64,000 bases of DNA from Eledone cirrhosa (taxonomy: Eukaryota): assembly GCA_964016885.1 (NCBI GenBank), contig OZ024742.1, positions 27,962,001-28,026,000 on the forward strand, written 5' to 3'. The position numbers were made by a program, and so were the translations under genes. The notes below the pieces were generated by a model. That model made no database searches, was not told the origin of the DNA, and was given only the letters and a program-made list of their open reading frames with translations. Shown piece after piece: positions 24,381 to 38,345 of the stretch (its first letter is position 1; each line of letters opens with the position of its first letter).

Positions 24381-25759
24381 CGAAGGAAATGTGGTAAGGA
24401 ACCAGGTGGACCATAGTACAGAATTAGCTGTCGAAACGGCTTGAGCTCAGCCGTCGGGGTCTTACTTGTTCCTATATATATATATATATATGTTCTAAAT
24501 AGTGAATCTTATTACTCTGGAGTTTCACCTGTTTGACACAGGGTAACAGGCAAAACTCCAGGGTAACAGGCAAAACTCCAGAGTAACAAGACTCATAATT
24601 TAGTCTTAATAAAATGAATATTAAAACTCTACTATAGTATTGAGTACTCCTTCCTCTCAGCCATCAACCTCATATTGATATATATATATAAACTGTTATT
24701 TGCATATATTTATAAGTGCCTTATAAAGTCCCGATAATTAATTTGTACGCCTTACCACTATATAACTAGCAACTTGAGAGTTGATATTATGTAGCAATTA
24801 TAGGTTATTATAACAAATTACAGGATAATCATATTACTTTATATTATTCATAATAGCACCTTTTACGATTTGCCAATTAATTCAGATTTTCTTGTAGTTT
24901 TGCAGTTTAGACATCAAATTAATTTTTTTCCTCCTCACTTTATAAAATTATTACTATATTATCTAAGGAATCTCTAAAATATCTTCATAATTGTGAAATT
25001 TAATATTTGCCTTATAAAATTATAAATATAAAATATAAACCTTACGTATTAAGGTATCTCTCTAATATTTTATAATCATGAAAATCAATATTCATTTTGA
25101 TGTACACATAATTATAAGGTACTTAACAACTAAGTCATTTTATTAATTATAAATTAACAAGGATTTAAATTTTTGGATCGATTCTGGTTATTAAAATATA
25201 CTGTACTAGCAACACCATTTCTACCCAACGTTTTACAGTAATATACATATACACAACTCCATTTGATGTCTACCTCCTTCTACTAGTTCTCTTTCTGTTT
25301 CACCCACTTATTCCTAGGAGGGTCGTGGAGCAGAGTCCTCAAACATGCTTTCCAGGAGGTCCTGTCAAAAACAACAGTCTGTAATTGATTCAGCGAGATC
25401 CCCAAGTGAGACTAACCAAGAAGTTATTCAACCATCTTGCTCAGGGTCTACCTATGTCTTGGTCTTTTGCCGGTTGATTTTGCCCATAAAATTCTAAATT
25501 TTTTTCCATTTCTTCCTCTTCTTACCCTCCTCTGTCTTTCTATTTTGTTTTTTTATCCCTCATTCTAAATTCTATTCAGGGATAACATCCGAAACGTCAA
25601 GATTCTTTTCCTACTATGTCAAGCGATAAACTAATATATATCAGTGTACTGTATTGTAGGACATTTGCATGAATTTAGTAAAAGATGCATAAGTATCAAG
25701 AGAAGAACTTTATTTGATGAAAAATTGACATGAATAATCGTGAAACTCTTCTTGATGTA

Positions 25760-26770
25760 TCTACTCAATGAATCTGCCATTAGCATCAATGACAGATTTA
25801 ATATGAGGTATGAAACTGTGACATGCTAGAATCAGATCATCTTTAAACCTATTTTGGACATTGTGCTGGTTATACCAAACTTCAGAGATTTTTTAGTGTT
25901 ATAGGGGCATTGATTGACTTCCTTCATGACTATACCTCATACATAATAGTCCAATGGATTCAGGTCTGAAGAGCTAGGAAACCATATGTTTGAGTTGATG
26001 TGAGCATGATGATTGTAATTCATCTATTCTTGGGTAGTCTTGTCCTCATGAGATGTAGCAGAGTCTTGTTTGTGTATGGGCTTCCTTTGCTGAAACTCTC
26101 TATCCTCGGACACACAACCCTCTCAAACACCTATCAATAGTCAGCAACAATGACCCTTAAGACCTGAGAAAAGAAGTGATGAGGTATGACATCTCCCTCG
26201 CTGCTTCCAACACCCAGAACAATTACAGTTGCCGGAAACTTTGCATGACTGGTGGAATGTCTTTAGAGTCCCGATCAAAGATTTTCTCATTAAAGAAAAA
26301 GCAAAGCATTCCAGGCTCTCGATGATTCAGCTTGCTCAACAAGTGATTTACACAGATCAGATGTTTATCTCTTGTCTTTACAGACTTGAATTGGCTGCTC
26401 CACATCACATTATTGTATTGAAAATCGTAATGTTGAATTATTCCAATAGTGTGCTTTGCAGCATTGAGCTCCTTAGCAGAGGAACTAATTGACTTTCTGG
26501 GGTTCTTATCGATAATTTTCAGCACTGTTTCTACAAATGTGGATGTTCTGAAGATATTAGGATCCTTAACAGATGATTCACATTCGGCTACTGCTGTAGA
26601 TTCCCCAACAGTAGCTTCCAACTCATTGCAAACTTTGACAAAAAACGATCATGCAAGTTTCAGGAAGTGATCAATCTCTAAATCACTATGTTCTGCCTTT
26701 AAGGCAATTATTACAGTGCATCCTTTCGTTTGCTCAGTTACTTTGATGTGTGTCATCATTTATTTGAAAT
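25760..26770 (-). mobile_element. Degenerate Tc1/mariner transposase, DD37D (maT)-like
   Basis: HTH-like IDKNPRKSI..AKEL..TI, FFFNEKIF (cf. FSDEK.F) and WFPSSSDLNPLDYYV at about 25940-25985 (cf. WPPSSPDLNPLDY). Confidence 0.8.
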
Positions 26771-27498
26771 GAAATGATAATCAGAACATGTTAGAATAGC
26801 GTTAGAGCTAATGAAAGAGGTTTCCTCAAAGAACTAAGCCACCCTTGGCTGACTGAATAGACACAGGCCTTTTCTCACTCTTTATCTTTCTATTTCATCT
26901 TATATTTCTCAGTCTATATTCTGATGAAGAACTAGTATCTGAAACATAAAATTTCTTTTCCTACTATATCAAGAATTAAACCAGTTCATTGTATTGAGTT
27001 GGTTGCTTTGTAATTTCCATTTATTTTTGCATATATATATATATATGTATTATTGTGGTCTACTGTAAAATTCATACACACACTCTAATAAATTATTCCC
27101 AGTCTCACCTTTCAATATCTTAAGAGCCCACACTGAAACAAAGAAGTAATTTCTGTGATCATTGGGTGTATAGGGAATTACCTTGAACAATTCGACTTGT
27201 CTTACCTCTCTTTATGCTAATACGACTGCAATAAATTGCAAGCAGGGGAAAGCAGACGTAAAATGATGATGATGATGATATATATATATATATATATTTA
27301 TTAAAATAACAGTTTGGATTTTAGTCTTCAAATTTATTATTATTACTATATATATATATATATATAATCCTTATCGAGCCCACTTCTGATTTTGGTCTTC
27401 ATAATTATTATTACTGTATGTATATATACATATATATATAACCCATGCTAGCATGGGAAATGGATGTGAAACGATGGTGATTATGATATATATATATA

Positions 27499-27848
27499 CA
27501 GTGTACTCCCAGTATTTGCGGTCCCGGTTATTCGCAGAATTTTTTTTAGGCATTTTTTTAACTATAATTCTTTGTGGAACCCACTGCATATTTGTGGAAT
27601 CGTAAATATATTCCACAATTTTTTTAAAGGTTTTTTCATGGCAATATATATATTTTTTAACTTATTAATAACAATATATCGTATTTGGACGCCACTTCAC
27701 ATAAGATGTTTCCTCCATTTTTTATTGTATTTTACATTATATTTTGACGTTTGTAGGCATTTTTAGGGACAACATCCAATATTCGCTGTTTTTCACTCTC
27801 CATGGGTGCTCTAGGAACATAACCCCTGTGAACACCAGGAAGCAATTG
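27499..27848. mobile_element. pogo/Tigger-like MITE (degenerate)
   Basis: TA-CAGTGTACTCCCAGTATTTGCGG start with a decayed complementary end ending ATTG-TA. Confidence 0.4.
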
Positions 27849-28383
27849 TATATCAATGCAGGAATTTTGCTTTGCACCCACTGATTTGCTGATAATAGGT
27901 GGACTTGACATTGCAGTCAACCAAACAGTAAATTGGATTCTACTATAAATATTGAGTCCTTTCATCTGTAACCTTTTGCTGTTATTTATAAATTCATATT
28001 CCATCAACCATAACATTAATATATGCAGTCATACATTGAGCAATTAGTGTTGATTTAGGAATCAGCTTGGATACAACAGGTGTGATGTATTTAGACTAAT
28101 TATATTTGTGTGTGCGTGTGTATGTATATATATTTATATATATGTGTGTATTTATTATATATAAATATATATACATACACACGCACACACAAATATAATT
28201 AGTCTAAATACATCACGTATATATATATATATATATATAAATACATATATATATATATATAAATACATATATATATATATATAAATAAATACATATATAT
28301 ATATATATATAAATAAATACATATATATATATATATATATAAATAAATACATATATATATATATATATATAAATAAATACATA

Positions 28384-28417
<34 letters not shown>

Positions 28418-28595
28418 CATATATATATACATATATAAATAAACCCATGCTAGCGTGGAGAATGGACGTTAAATGAAGATAATGATAATGAAATACATAT
28501 ATATATATATAAGTAAATACATATATATATATATATATATACATATATTATATATACATATATGTATAAATACATATACATATATATATATACAT

Positions 28596-28956
28596 GGAGG
28601 CACATGGCTTAGTGATGGAGGCACATGGCTTAGTGGTTAGAGCATTGGCCTTGCAATCGAAAGGTTGTGAGTTCAATTCTCAGATCGGGTGATGTGTTGT
28701 TTTCTTGAGCAAGACATTTTATTTCACATTGCTCCAGTTTACTCAGCTGTAGAAATGAGATCATAAGGACTGGGGTCCCTATCATTCCACTGCAAAGTGG
28801 TCGTGGAGGTGCCACGGCAAAAAAAGCACCCAGCACTCACTGTAAATGAGGTTGGTGTTAGGAAGGGCATCCAGCTGTAGAAATCAAGCCAGAATCAGTT
28901 CCCGTCCCACCCTTGCAAGCAGGGAAAAAGCGGATGTAAAATGAAATGATGATGAT
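28596..28956 (+). mobile_element. SINE family 2 (duplicated 5' head)
   Basis: GGAGGCACATGGCTTAGTG occurs twice, then the standard body and tail. Confidence 0.9.
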
Positions 28957-29140
28957 ATATATATACATATATTATATATATATTTATATATACATATATT
29001 TATATATACATATATTATATATACATATTTATATATGAATATATTATATGTACATATATATATGTATATATACATATGATATATATACATATATATATGT
29101 ATATATACATATATCATATATAGATATTATATATATATAC

Positions 29141-30190
29141 ATCATCATCATCATCAACGTTTAACGTCCGTGTTCCACGCTTGCATGGGTTTGGACGGGG
29201 GTAGTCCCACTTGAGGCAAGAGTGATTGTCTTGCTCGCATAGGACTGTCTGGCAGGTTTTCTACAGTTGGATGCCCTTCCTAACACCAACCACATTTACA
29301 GTGTGGGTCTGGGAGGTTTTTACCGTGCTGCCTACACGGCCACATTACAGCGTGGACTGTGTGTTTTTTTGTCATGACACCTACACGATCTCATTTGTTT
29401 CGGCCTGGATGCATAGAACGGGGTGGGGGTGGTGGGGTATTTTGTTAGAGATGCCTACTGGTTGTAGTAGGTTTTACTATGTATTTAGGTAAGGCGGGTC
29501 CTCCCCGTTACTGAGTACCGCCAAAGGTCTCGGTCCAGTGACACCGTCTTGGAGAGGTGTAAGTGTGTGAGGTCAGAGTTCATCAGCCCGTCCCAGGCCC
29601 TTCTAGGTCCGCCCACTCCGCGGCTACCATCCATCTCTATTGCCCTGCACTTTGTTATACAGCTATCGACTTTCATGCGCATCACGTGTCCACACCAACG
29701 CAGCCCTCCCTCGAGTAAACAACATCTGATCCCTCCCATTTCCAATTTTTTCCTCAGTTCGTCTATGCTTTGCCGCTCATGTACACCACCGTTACACATC
29801 CAGCGGAGCATGCAAGCCTCGTTCCTCTCCAGTCCGCGCATATCCTCTGCACACAATGCCCAGGTCCCACTGCCATGCAACACTGCTGTTCGTATGCAGG
29901 CATCGTACAACCTGCCTTTCACCTTTAGGGAGAACCCTTTAGCAGCCAACAGCGGTATAAGCTCTCCGAACCCCCTCCATCCAGTTCCGACCCTAGCCAC
30001 TGCACCTTCAGAGCACCCTCCACCACTGCCGATTCTATCACCCAGGCAACGGAAGCTGTCCACCATTTCCACAGAACCATCTGTGCAATGGAATGAGCCA
30101 GCACTTTGTGGGCACTTGCTGCTACCTATTGCACCAGAGCACCGGCCACACGTAAAATCTATGCCCCCAGTTAGCCTACCTGTGATCCCG
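29141..30190 (-). mobile_element. RTE LINE subfamily A 3' fragment, A-to-G hypermutated
   Basis: Aligns to 43770-44860 and 39355-40440 but with about 65 A>G changes in the coding part. Confidence 0.95.
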
Positions 30191-32751
30191 AGATAAATGA
30201 GATCGAGATCATGTAGGTATCCTAAAAAAAAAAAAAAAAAAAAAAAAAACACAGAGTCCACGCTGTAATGTGGTCGTGTAGGTAACACGGTAAAAAGTTC
30301 CACATATATATATATACATATTATATATACATATTATATATATATATTATATATATATATACATATTATATATACATATTATATATATGTATATACATAT
30401 CATATATATATATATATACACATATATATATATATACATATACAATTATATATATATATAGATGCACACATACTGACATACACACATATACCTGTATATA
30501 TGTAAAGATAGGAAAGGAGAGAGAGCGAGAAAGAGAGGGTGGAACAGTGAATAAGGACAATTTATCTGATGCTGTATATTTGACAATTAGTGTAAGAGGA
30601 AAATTATATAACACACCATCGATCATAATAATTAATTTATTAATTAAGTTTGTATAATAAATTATTTCTATCCTTGATCTCGAATATATCATCAGTGGAC
30701 TTGTATGGCTTCTCTTGATATTGTAACTGTGAAATGATATTAAAGCAAGTCTAGATATAATATCCTACATAGAAATATGAACTGATATCAAAGATGCTAG
30801 TTATATACTTCATTAAGATAACAATATTTTAATCACTCAAATATTTTAGGATGACTGATTATTACTGATTGATAAATGAGTGGCTTGAATGCTTTACTTT
30901 ATATTTTCTCTATTGTTATTTTAAAACACGAAGTCTTATTTTGTTATTAAATGGATATGACTTTGTACTGAAGCTGGAGTCAAACTTATAACCATCTCGA
31001 TCGATTCATCAATAAACATCTGTTGATTTCAATGATGAGTATTCAAGTTGTTAGATCAATGAAGCAGGCTGCCCATGAAATTAACATGCAAGTGGCTGAG
31101 CATTCCACAGATACATGTACCCTTCATGTAATTCTCATACAGGTTCAGCCTGACAAAATTCATAACAAGGCTGGCCCCTTGATATACAGGTATGATGTAT
31201 CTGACAGGTTTTCAAACAGTTTCCATTTACCCAGTGTCTCTCACAGATATGGATTAACCCTAGGTACATGACACAAGTCCAAGCAGGACATGATTTAGAT
31301 CTTAAGGGTTCACAGGGTAGTATGTATGTATGTATATATATATCATCATCATCACCATTTTACGTCCATTCTTCCACACTAGCATGGGTTAGACGGGTTG
31401 TCCTGTTGTGGGCAGTGTCCGGTCAGCTGACCTTGTCTTGCTCATATGGGAACTGATTCTGGCTTGATTTCTACAGCTGGATGCCCTTCCTAACTAACAC
31501 GAACCTCATTTACAGTGAGTGCTGGGTGCTTTTTTGCCGTAAGCAGAAAGGAAGAGGGAGTATACTCAGCTGAAAATGAAGATCAAGAATAGCTGGGAGT
31601 TTACCCTGCAATGGACTAGTGTCATCTCCAGGGGAAAGTCTGTTACTCTCTGTTGCTTAACGCCATGAAGACTGGGATAACTGATAAACCTCCAGGTTTG
31701 AGACAGACTTTAGTCTTTTAATTTTTTTTATTTGTTTTTATCTCTATTCCTACCATCCGACACACACACATAGAAGCAGTGGCAAGAAGGGAGCTTCTAG
31801 ATAGTAACTCAATCTGTTAGAAATAACAGCTTAATATTCCTCAAACAACATCTCTTACCATCTTAAAGGTGAAAATTACATGTTAGATAAACTAGTCCTA
31901 GATACCCGCTACAAAGACATGTTAGTCACTGTTGGAATGTCTTTCATCATAGTTCTTAATCAGATTTGAGCTAAGACCTTCACACAACATCAAGAACAAA
32001 TTGCGAGATATATTAGCATTTTTATTAAGTTTCACAAGTTCTTTAGTCATATTCATTAGTTTAAATGAATTTCTACAAACCAAATGCAAATGTGTTTTAT
32101 TAAATAAACAGATAAGAACTAGACTAGCAATGTTTCTATCCTAAATATACAACAACAGCAGTAACAACAACAACATACGTTTACATTTCAGTATGTACAA
32201 ATAATGTATTTTTATGTAATTATTTCCATACGAAACTGAATATATTAAAATAACATAATAAATGGATGTTAGGCATTATTTATTATCATTTATTCTTTTC
32301 TGAATTTTCAAAAGAAAAAAAATACTTTTTTTTTTTTTTTTATTAATTTTTAATATTTATCTGTTGGATAGTTCTGCAAATTCAAACATTTGCATATAAA
32401 TTGTTTTGGAAGCAGGTGTTTGTTTGAATACATATTTGTTTTTATTACTTTGGCACTGGTTGTAGCATCATAAAGAGGAGGGGTGGCTGTTTAAATTAAA
32501 ATATTTGTCTTGCTTCCTTTACAATTGGATATATAATCCCAATATTAAATAACCATGCCTGGCTGTGTGGTTAATGGGATTGCTTTACTAACACATGGTT
32601 TCAGGTTTGGTCCCACTGTGCAGCACCTTCAGTAAATGATGTCTACTCTGGTTGCAGAATGACTAATGCCCTGTGAGTGAAATTGGTATAAAGAAACTGT
32701 ATGGAAGATGTGTGTGTGTCTGTGTGTACTTGTAATAAAGGTTCTATTCCA

Positions 32752-33515
32752 ATCATCATCATCATCATCATCATCATCAGGTTTAGCGTCCGTGTTCCAC
32801 GCTTGCATGGGTTTGGACGGGGGTTTTCCCACTTGAGGCAAGAGTGGTTGTCTTGCTCGCATAGGACTGTCTGGCGGGTTTTCTACAGTTGGATGCCCTT
32901 CCTAACACCAACTACATTTACAGTGTGGGTCTGGGAGGTTTTTACCGTGTTGCCTACACGGCCACATTACAGCGTGGACTGTCTGGCGGGTTTTCTACAG
33001 CTGGATGCCCTTCCTAACACCAACCACATTTACAGTGTGGGGCTGGGAGGTTTTTACCGTGTTGCCTACACGGCCACATTTACAGCGTGGACTGTGTGTT
33101 TTTTTTTTGTCGTGACACCTACACGATCTCATTTGTTTCGGCCTGGATGTTGTGGGACCAACATAACTTTACATTGAAAGGGGCGGTGTGGATGGGGTGG
33201 AGGTGGTGGGACGGGGGTGTGTTTTGATAGAGATGCCTACTGACTGTAGTAGGTTTTTACTTTGTATTTAGGTAAGGCGGGTCTTCTCTATTACTGAGTA
33301 CCGCCAATGGTCTCGGTCCAGTAACATTGTCTTGGAGAGGTGTAAGCGTGTGAGGTCGGAATTTATCAGTTCGTCCCATGTTTTTCTGGGTCTGCCTACT
33401 CCGTGGCTACCGTCTATCTTTATTGCCCTGCACATTGTTATACAGCTGTCGTCTTTCATGCGCATCACGTGACCATACCAACGTAGCCTTCTCTCGAGTA
33501 AACAACATCTGATCC
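32752..33515 (-). mobile_element. RTE LINE subfamily A 3' fragment
   Basis: ORF 33268-33528 plus a 3' UTR with internal tandem duplication. Confidence 0.92.
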
Positions 33516-34695
33516 AATAACACAACAAAATACCTGCAGTGAGTTTTAACTCAAAATCCTATGTGTATTAAAATTTTCTGTCTACTAAAAATGTCCCCTC
33601 TCTTATGTACTCTTTGGTTCCTTCTCCTATCTCAAATGATAAATTTTGCTAGTATTAAATACACACAAGACAAATATATATTCCTCTTTTGATCCTGAAA
33701 AGGAGAAATTTGTCTCATATCAGTTTAACTCATTAAAATTTACATTACTCTATATTTACTATCATATTTTCATGATAAAGGCTTTATCTTACATAATTAT
33801 CTCACATAATATCGAATCTATGAGATTTTGATCTTATTTATTTGGAGAATAATACCTTAACATCAGTATGAGTGGCTGGTTACAGCCAGTCTGAGCAGTA
33901 AGAGGGGAGAGAATTGTGGCCGGATATGGTCAGTTTAAATGATAAAGGGTTAATGCCATGGAAACCAGGGGTTAGTACCAGGTCCTAAAAGAACTTCCAA
34001 TTCAGAAATTGGTTATCAGAAATTTCAATATATATTATCTGAATAATGGTTTCTGAATTAAGCACAAGGCCAGCAATTTTGGGGAAGCGGGAAATTCAAT
34101 TAACACTTTAGCATTTAAATCAGCCATATCCGGCCAGAGTTTGCTCATCTCTTTCTGTTCAAAACGGCTGTAACTGGCCGCTCATACTTATGTTAAGGTA
34201 TTGTTCTCAAACTAAATAATATCAAAATCTCATAGATTCGATATCATGTGAAATAATTATGTGAGATAAAGTGTTTACAACAAAAATACAATAGCATATA
34301 TAGAGTAATGTAAATGCAATCCCAGTGTGTTACTCATACTTTATTTTATTTTATCAACCTCGTAAGGATAAAAGGCAAAGCTAACTTCAGTGAGATTTGA
34401 ACTCAGAATATAAAGAGACATAACTATATACCACAAAGCATGTTGTCCAATGTTCTACCAGTTACTGCCAGCCTACTGCCCACTCTTAAATTGTCTAAAT
34501 ATAAATAATGTTCAAAATAGTGAGGTAGATGTGAAATAGATAAGGATAACAGATAGAAATCCATACACACAACAACACCAAGTTTATATTTACACCTGGT
34601 GAGGCAAGGATTTTATTTATAGCAATCTTTTAGTCTCTGTTTTACTTGCTTTATTCTATAGAGTGTGACCATACTGAATCAGTTTTTAACTTTAA

Positions 34696-35142
34696 CCTTT
34701 TAGCATTTAAACTGGCTGTATTTAGCCAGACTTCTCTCACCCTTTTCTGCTCAAACTGGCCGCACATACTGACATTAAGGTATTGTTCTCAAAATAAATA
34801 ATATCAAAATCTCATAGATTTGATATTAGATAAGATGATTATGTGAGGTAAAGCCTTTACCATGAAAATGCAACAGTAAATATTGAGTAATGTCAATGCT
34901 AAAAGGTTAACCCTTTCATGACCATATTTCTAATGAAATACAGTCTATTTTAATTAATTAATGAAGAATATTTAGAGATTTACAAAAATTATTAATCATT
35001 TCATGACTAAGATAGTGACTTAAGGCAAGGTTGTTATATAAAACTATGCTGGAAGATTTTAATTTAAATTAGAAACCTTTAAAATGTTTGGTTTAATTTC
35101 ATAGAACCAGAGCTAGTTTTGAGTGGGTTGGTAACAAAAGGG
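34696..35142. mobile_element. Two adjacent piggyBac-type MITEs sharing a TTAA (34696-34906 and 34911-35142)
   Basis: TTAA-CCTTTTAGCATT..AATGCTAAAAGG-TTAA-CCCTTTCATGACC..GGTAACAAAAGGG-TTAC. Confidence 0.7.
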
Positions 35143-36639
35143 TTACAATCCTGCAATGATTTATTAGAACATGTCTAAAAGCTGGTTTGATAATATTTAC
35201 AGTATCTTTGTTTATGAATATATATATTATTGTCGTGAAAATTTGCAGTATTAGAGTAAATACTTTAATTTTTCATGTGATGTACTCACTGTGCTGCTAA
35301 TCCCCCACCCTTTTAACAAATGATAAGGGTATCTGATTCAGGCACAAGACCAACAATTTTTGAGGAGGGAAAGTCGATTAAATTGAACCAAGTGCATTAA
35401 AGGTACTTTATTTTATTAACTCCGCAAGGATGAAAGTCAAAACTAACCTTGATGGGATTTGAACTGACAACATAAAGAGACATAACTATATGCTGCAAAA
35501 CATGTTCTCCAACGCTCTACCGATTCTGCCACTTCACCACCGTTATTACTCATTAATAACAAAGATTTCTTTCTGATGTACAAGGCCACAACTTTGGGTG
35601 GGAAAAACCAGCTGAGTATTTCAACTCCTTTACATCACTTTCCCCTTATTTTATCAACCACAGAATAATGAAAGGTAAAGATGCTCTTGGCAGGATTTGA
35701 ACTCAAAATATAAAGGGCCATAAAGGAAGATGTGGTGGTGGTGAAACCAATAAGAATGGCAAACGTTGCAAACACCAGCTGGATTTGAACAACATACTGG
35801 AAAAAAAAGCATGTAATTGTACAAACTATTTTCTTTGTCCCTCTGCCAATTCTTCCATCCGCCAGTCTTACCAATCTGAAATGGCTGATAATTCAATTTG
35901 ACGCCATTTACTATATCTTTCTACAAACCCATGGGCTTTGTTCCAGTCTCTTTGCTCACTAGAATTACCAATTTCCAAGTCTAAAACCATGAAACATCAT
36001 TTAAAGACCACTTATTTTATATATCTCAACAAACTCATGTGGTTTATCACAAACCCTGTGTTCCCTAAATTCCTTGTTTCTCTAGATAAAACAATCAAAG
36101 TCAATTAATCAGGACATAAAATATCTTTGTAAAACCTTCGGAGTATTTCAATCATTCCAACTTTAAGATATTATCTACTACAGATATATAAAACCTTTCC
36201 TGCATTCTTAAACCACAGCTGTTTCCTAGCTTTTACCTTAAACACACCCACTATCCTGTTCTCTTTCTTCTTCTCTTTCTTGCTCTCTCTCCCACCTATC
36301 TTCACTCACTGTCTTTGTCTTTCATATGCACTCATATTACCCCTTCTCTCTCTCTCTCCTCTTTCATGCTTTCTCTCTCTCTCCCCTTCTATTTATTGCT
36401 CTCTCGCTCTCTCTCACCTTCTTTCTTAACTCCTTCATATGCACTCATATTTCATCCTCTCATGATCTCTCTCGTTCATACACACAATGTCTGTCTCTCT
36501 CTGTCTCTCTCTCTCTCTCTCTCTGTTACATTCAATATCTGTCTCTCTCTTGCACACACTCAATGTATGTCTCTCCGCCTCTCTCTCTATCTATCTCTTT
36601 CATACACATACACTGAATGTCTATCTCCCTCCTTAAGTT

Positions 36640-37300
36640 CTGCCTCCCTCTATCACTCTATACCTTCCTTCTCCTCCCTCCCTCTATATCTCTATACCTC
36701 CCAACTCCTCCCTCCCTCTCTATATCTCTCTCTATACCTCCCATCTCCTCCCTCTATATCTCTCTATACCTCCTTTCACCTCCCTCCCTCTATCTCTATA
36801 TATATCTCTCTATACCTCCCTTCTCCTCCCTCCCTCCATCTATCTATACCTCCCTTCTCCTCCCTCCCTCTATCTCTCTATACCCCCTTCTCCTCCCTCC
36901 CTCCATCTCTCTATACCTTCCTTCTCCTCCCTCCCTCTATCTCTCTATACCTCCCTTCTCCTCCCTCCCTCCATCTCTCTATATCTCCCTTCTCCTCCCT
37001 CCCTCTATCTCTCTATACCTCCCTTCATCTCTCTATACCTCCCTTCTCCTCCCTCTATCTATCTCTCTATACCTTCCTTCTCCTCCCTCCCTCTATCTCT
37101 CTATACCTCCCTTCATCTCTCTATACCTCCCTTCTCCTCCCTCTATCTATCTCTCTATACCTTCCTTCTCCTCCCTCCCTCTATCTCTCCCTCTATCTCT
37201 CTATACCTCCTTCTCCTCCCTCTATCTATCTCTCTATACCTTCCTTCTCCTCCCTCCCTCCCTCTATCTCTCCCTCTATCTATCTCTCTATCTTTCTCCA
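36640..37300. repeat. CT-rich minisatellite (CTCTCTATACCTCCCTTCTCCTCC-type units)
   Basis: Direct inspection. Confidence 0.9.
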
Positions 37301-37609
37301 AGACCCTCATCAGTCATCCATTAAATTAATCTGAAGATTTGGTTACTTCTAACGAGCCCTAAAGATACTTTCTGTTGCTCCTTATGTGAAAACAACATTC
37401 CAGGGTTGGGGGGGCCCCTAAACTAGATAAGACTGTTTCATGTGGGTGTTCATTTAATTTAGGGACCAGCAGTAATGGGTCTCTTCCACACCCCTGACTT
37501 GGCAGGGGTGTAGGACTGGGGGCCTCCAAGGTAGGTAGGAGAGGTAGGTGAGGCAGAGATAAGGATCATAGAAGGGTGAAAGGTTACATCATTGTTAGTG
37601 ATGATTGTG

Positions 37610-38345
37610 ATGGTATTATTGGTAGTGGTGGTGGTGGTGGTCGGCATGGTAATGATGGTGTTGGAGGAGTAGTGGTGGGGTTAGTAGGAGTAGTGATGGT
37701 TGTAGTGGTGGTAGTCGTTGTGGTGATGGTGTTGGTGGTGGTGATGGTAGTGGTGGTGGTGGTTGTAGTGATGGTAGCTGTGATGATGGTGGTGGTGTTG
37801 ATGGTAGTGATGGTAGTGGTGATGGTGTTGGTGGTGGTGGTGGTGGTGGTGGTGTTGGTGGTGGTGTTGTTGGTGGTGGTGTTGGTGGTAGTGGTGGTGG
37901 TGGTGGTGAGGGTAATGGTTGTGTTGGTGGTGGTTGTGTTGGTGGTGGTGGTGTGGTGGTGGTTGTGTTGGTGGTGGTGGTGATGGTAATGGTTGTGTTG
38001 GTGGTGGTGGGGGAGTGGTGGTGGTGGTGTAGTGGTGGTGGTGTGGTGGCGGTGGTGTTGGTGGTGATGGTAATGGTTGTGTTGGTGGTGGTGGTGGTGG
38101 TGGTGGTGGTGGTGGTGGTGGTGGTTATGTTGGTGGTGGTGGTGGTGTGGTGGTGGTGGTTGTGTTGGTGGTGTTGGTGGTGGTGGTGTGGTGGTAGTGT
38201 TGGTGGTGGTGGTGATGGTAATGGTTGTGTTGGTGGTGGTCGTGGTGGTGGTGGTGTTGGTGGTGGTGGTGTTGGCGGTGGTGGTGGTGTGGTGGTGGAG
38301 TGGTGGTGCTGGTGTGGTGGTGTTGGTGGTGGTGGCGGTGCTGGT
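37610..38345. repeat. (GGT/GTT)n trinucleotide array
   Basis: Direct inspection. Confidence 0.95.
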
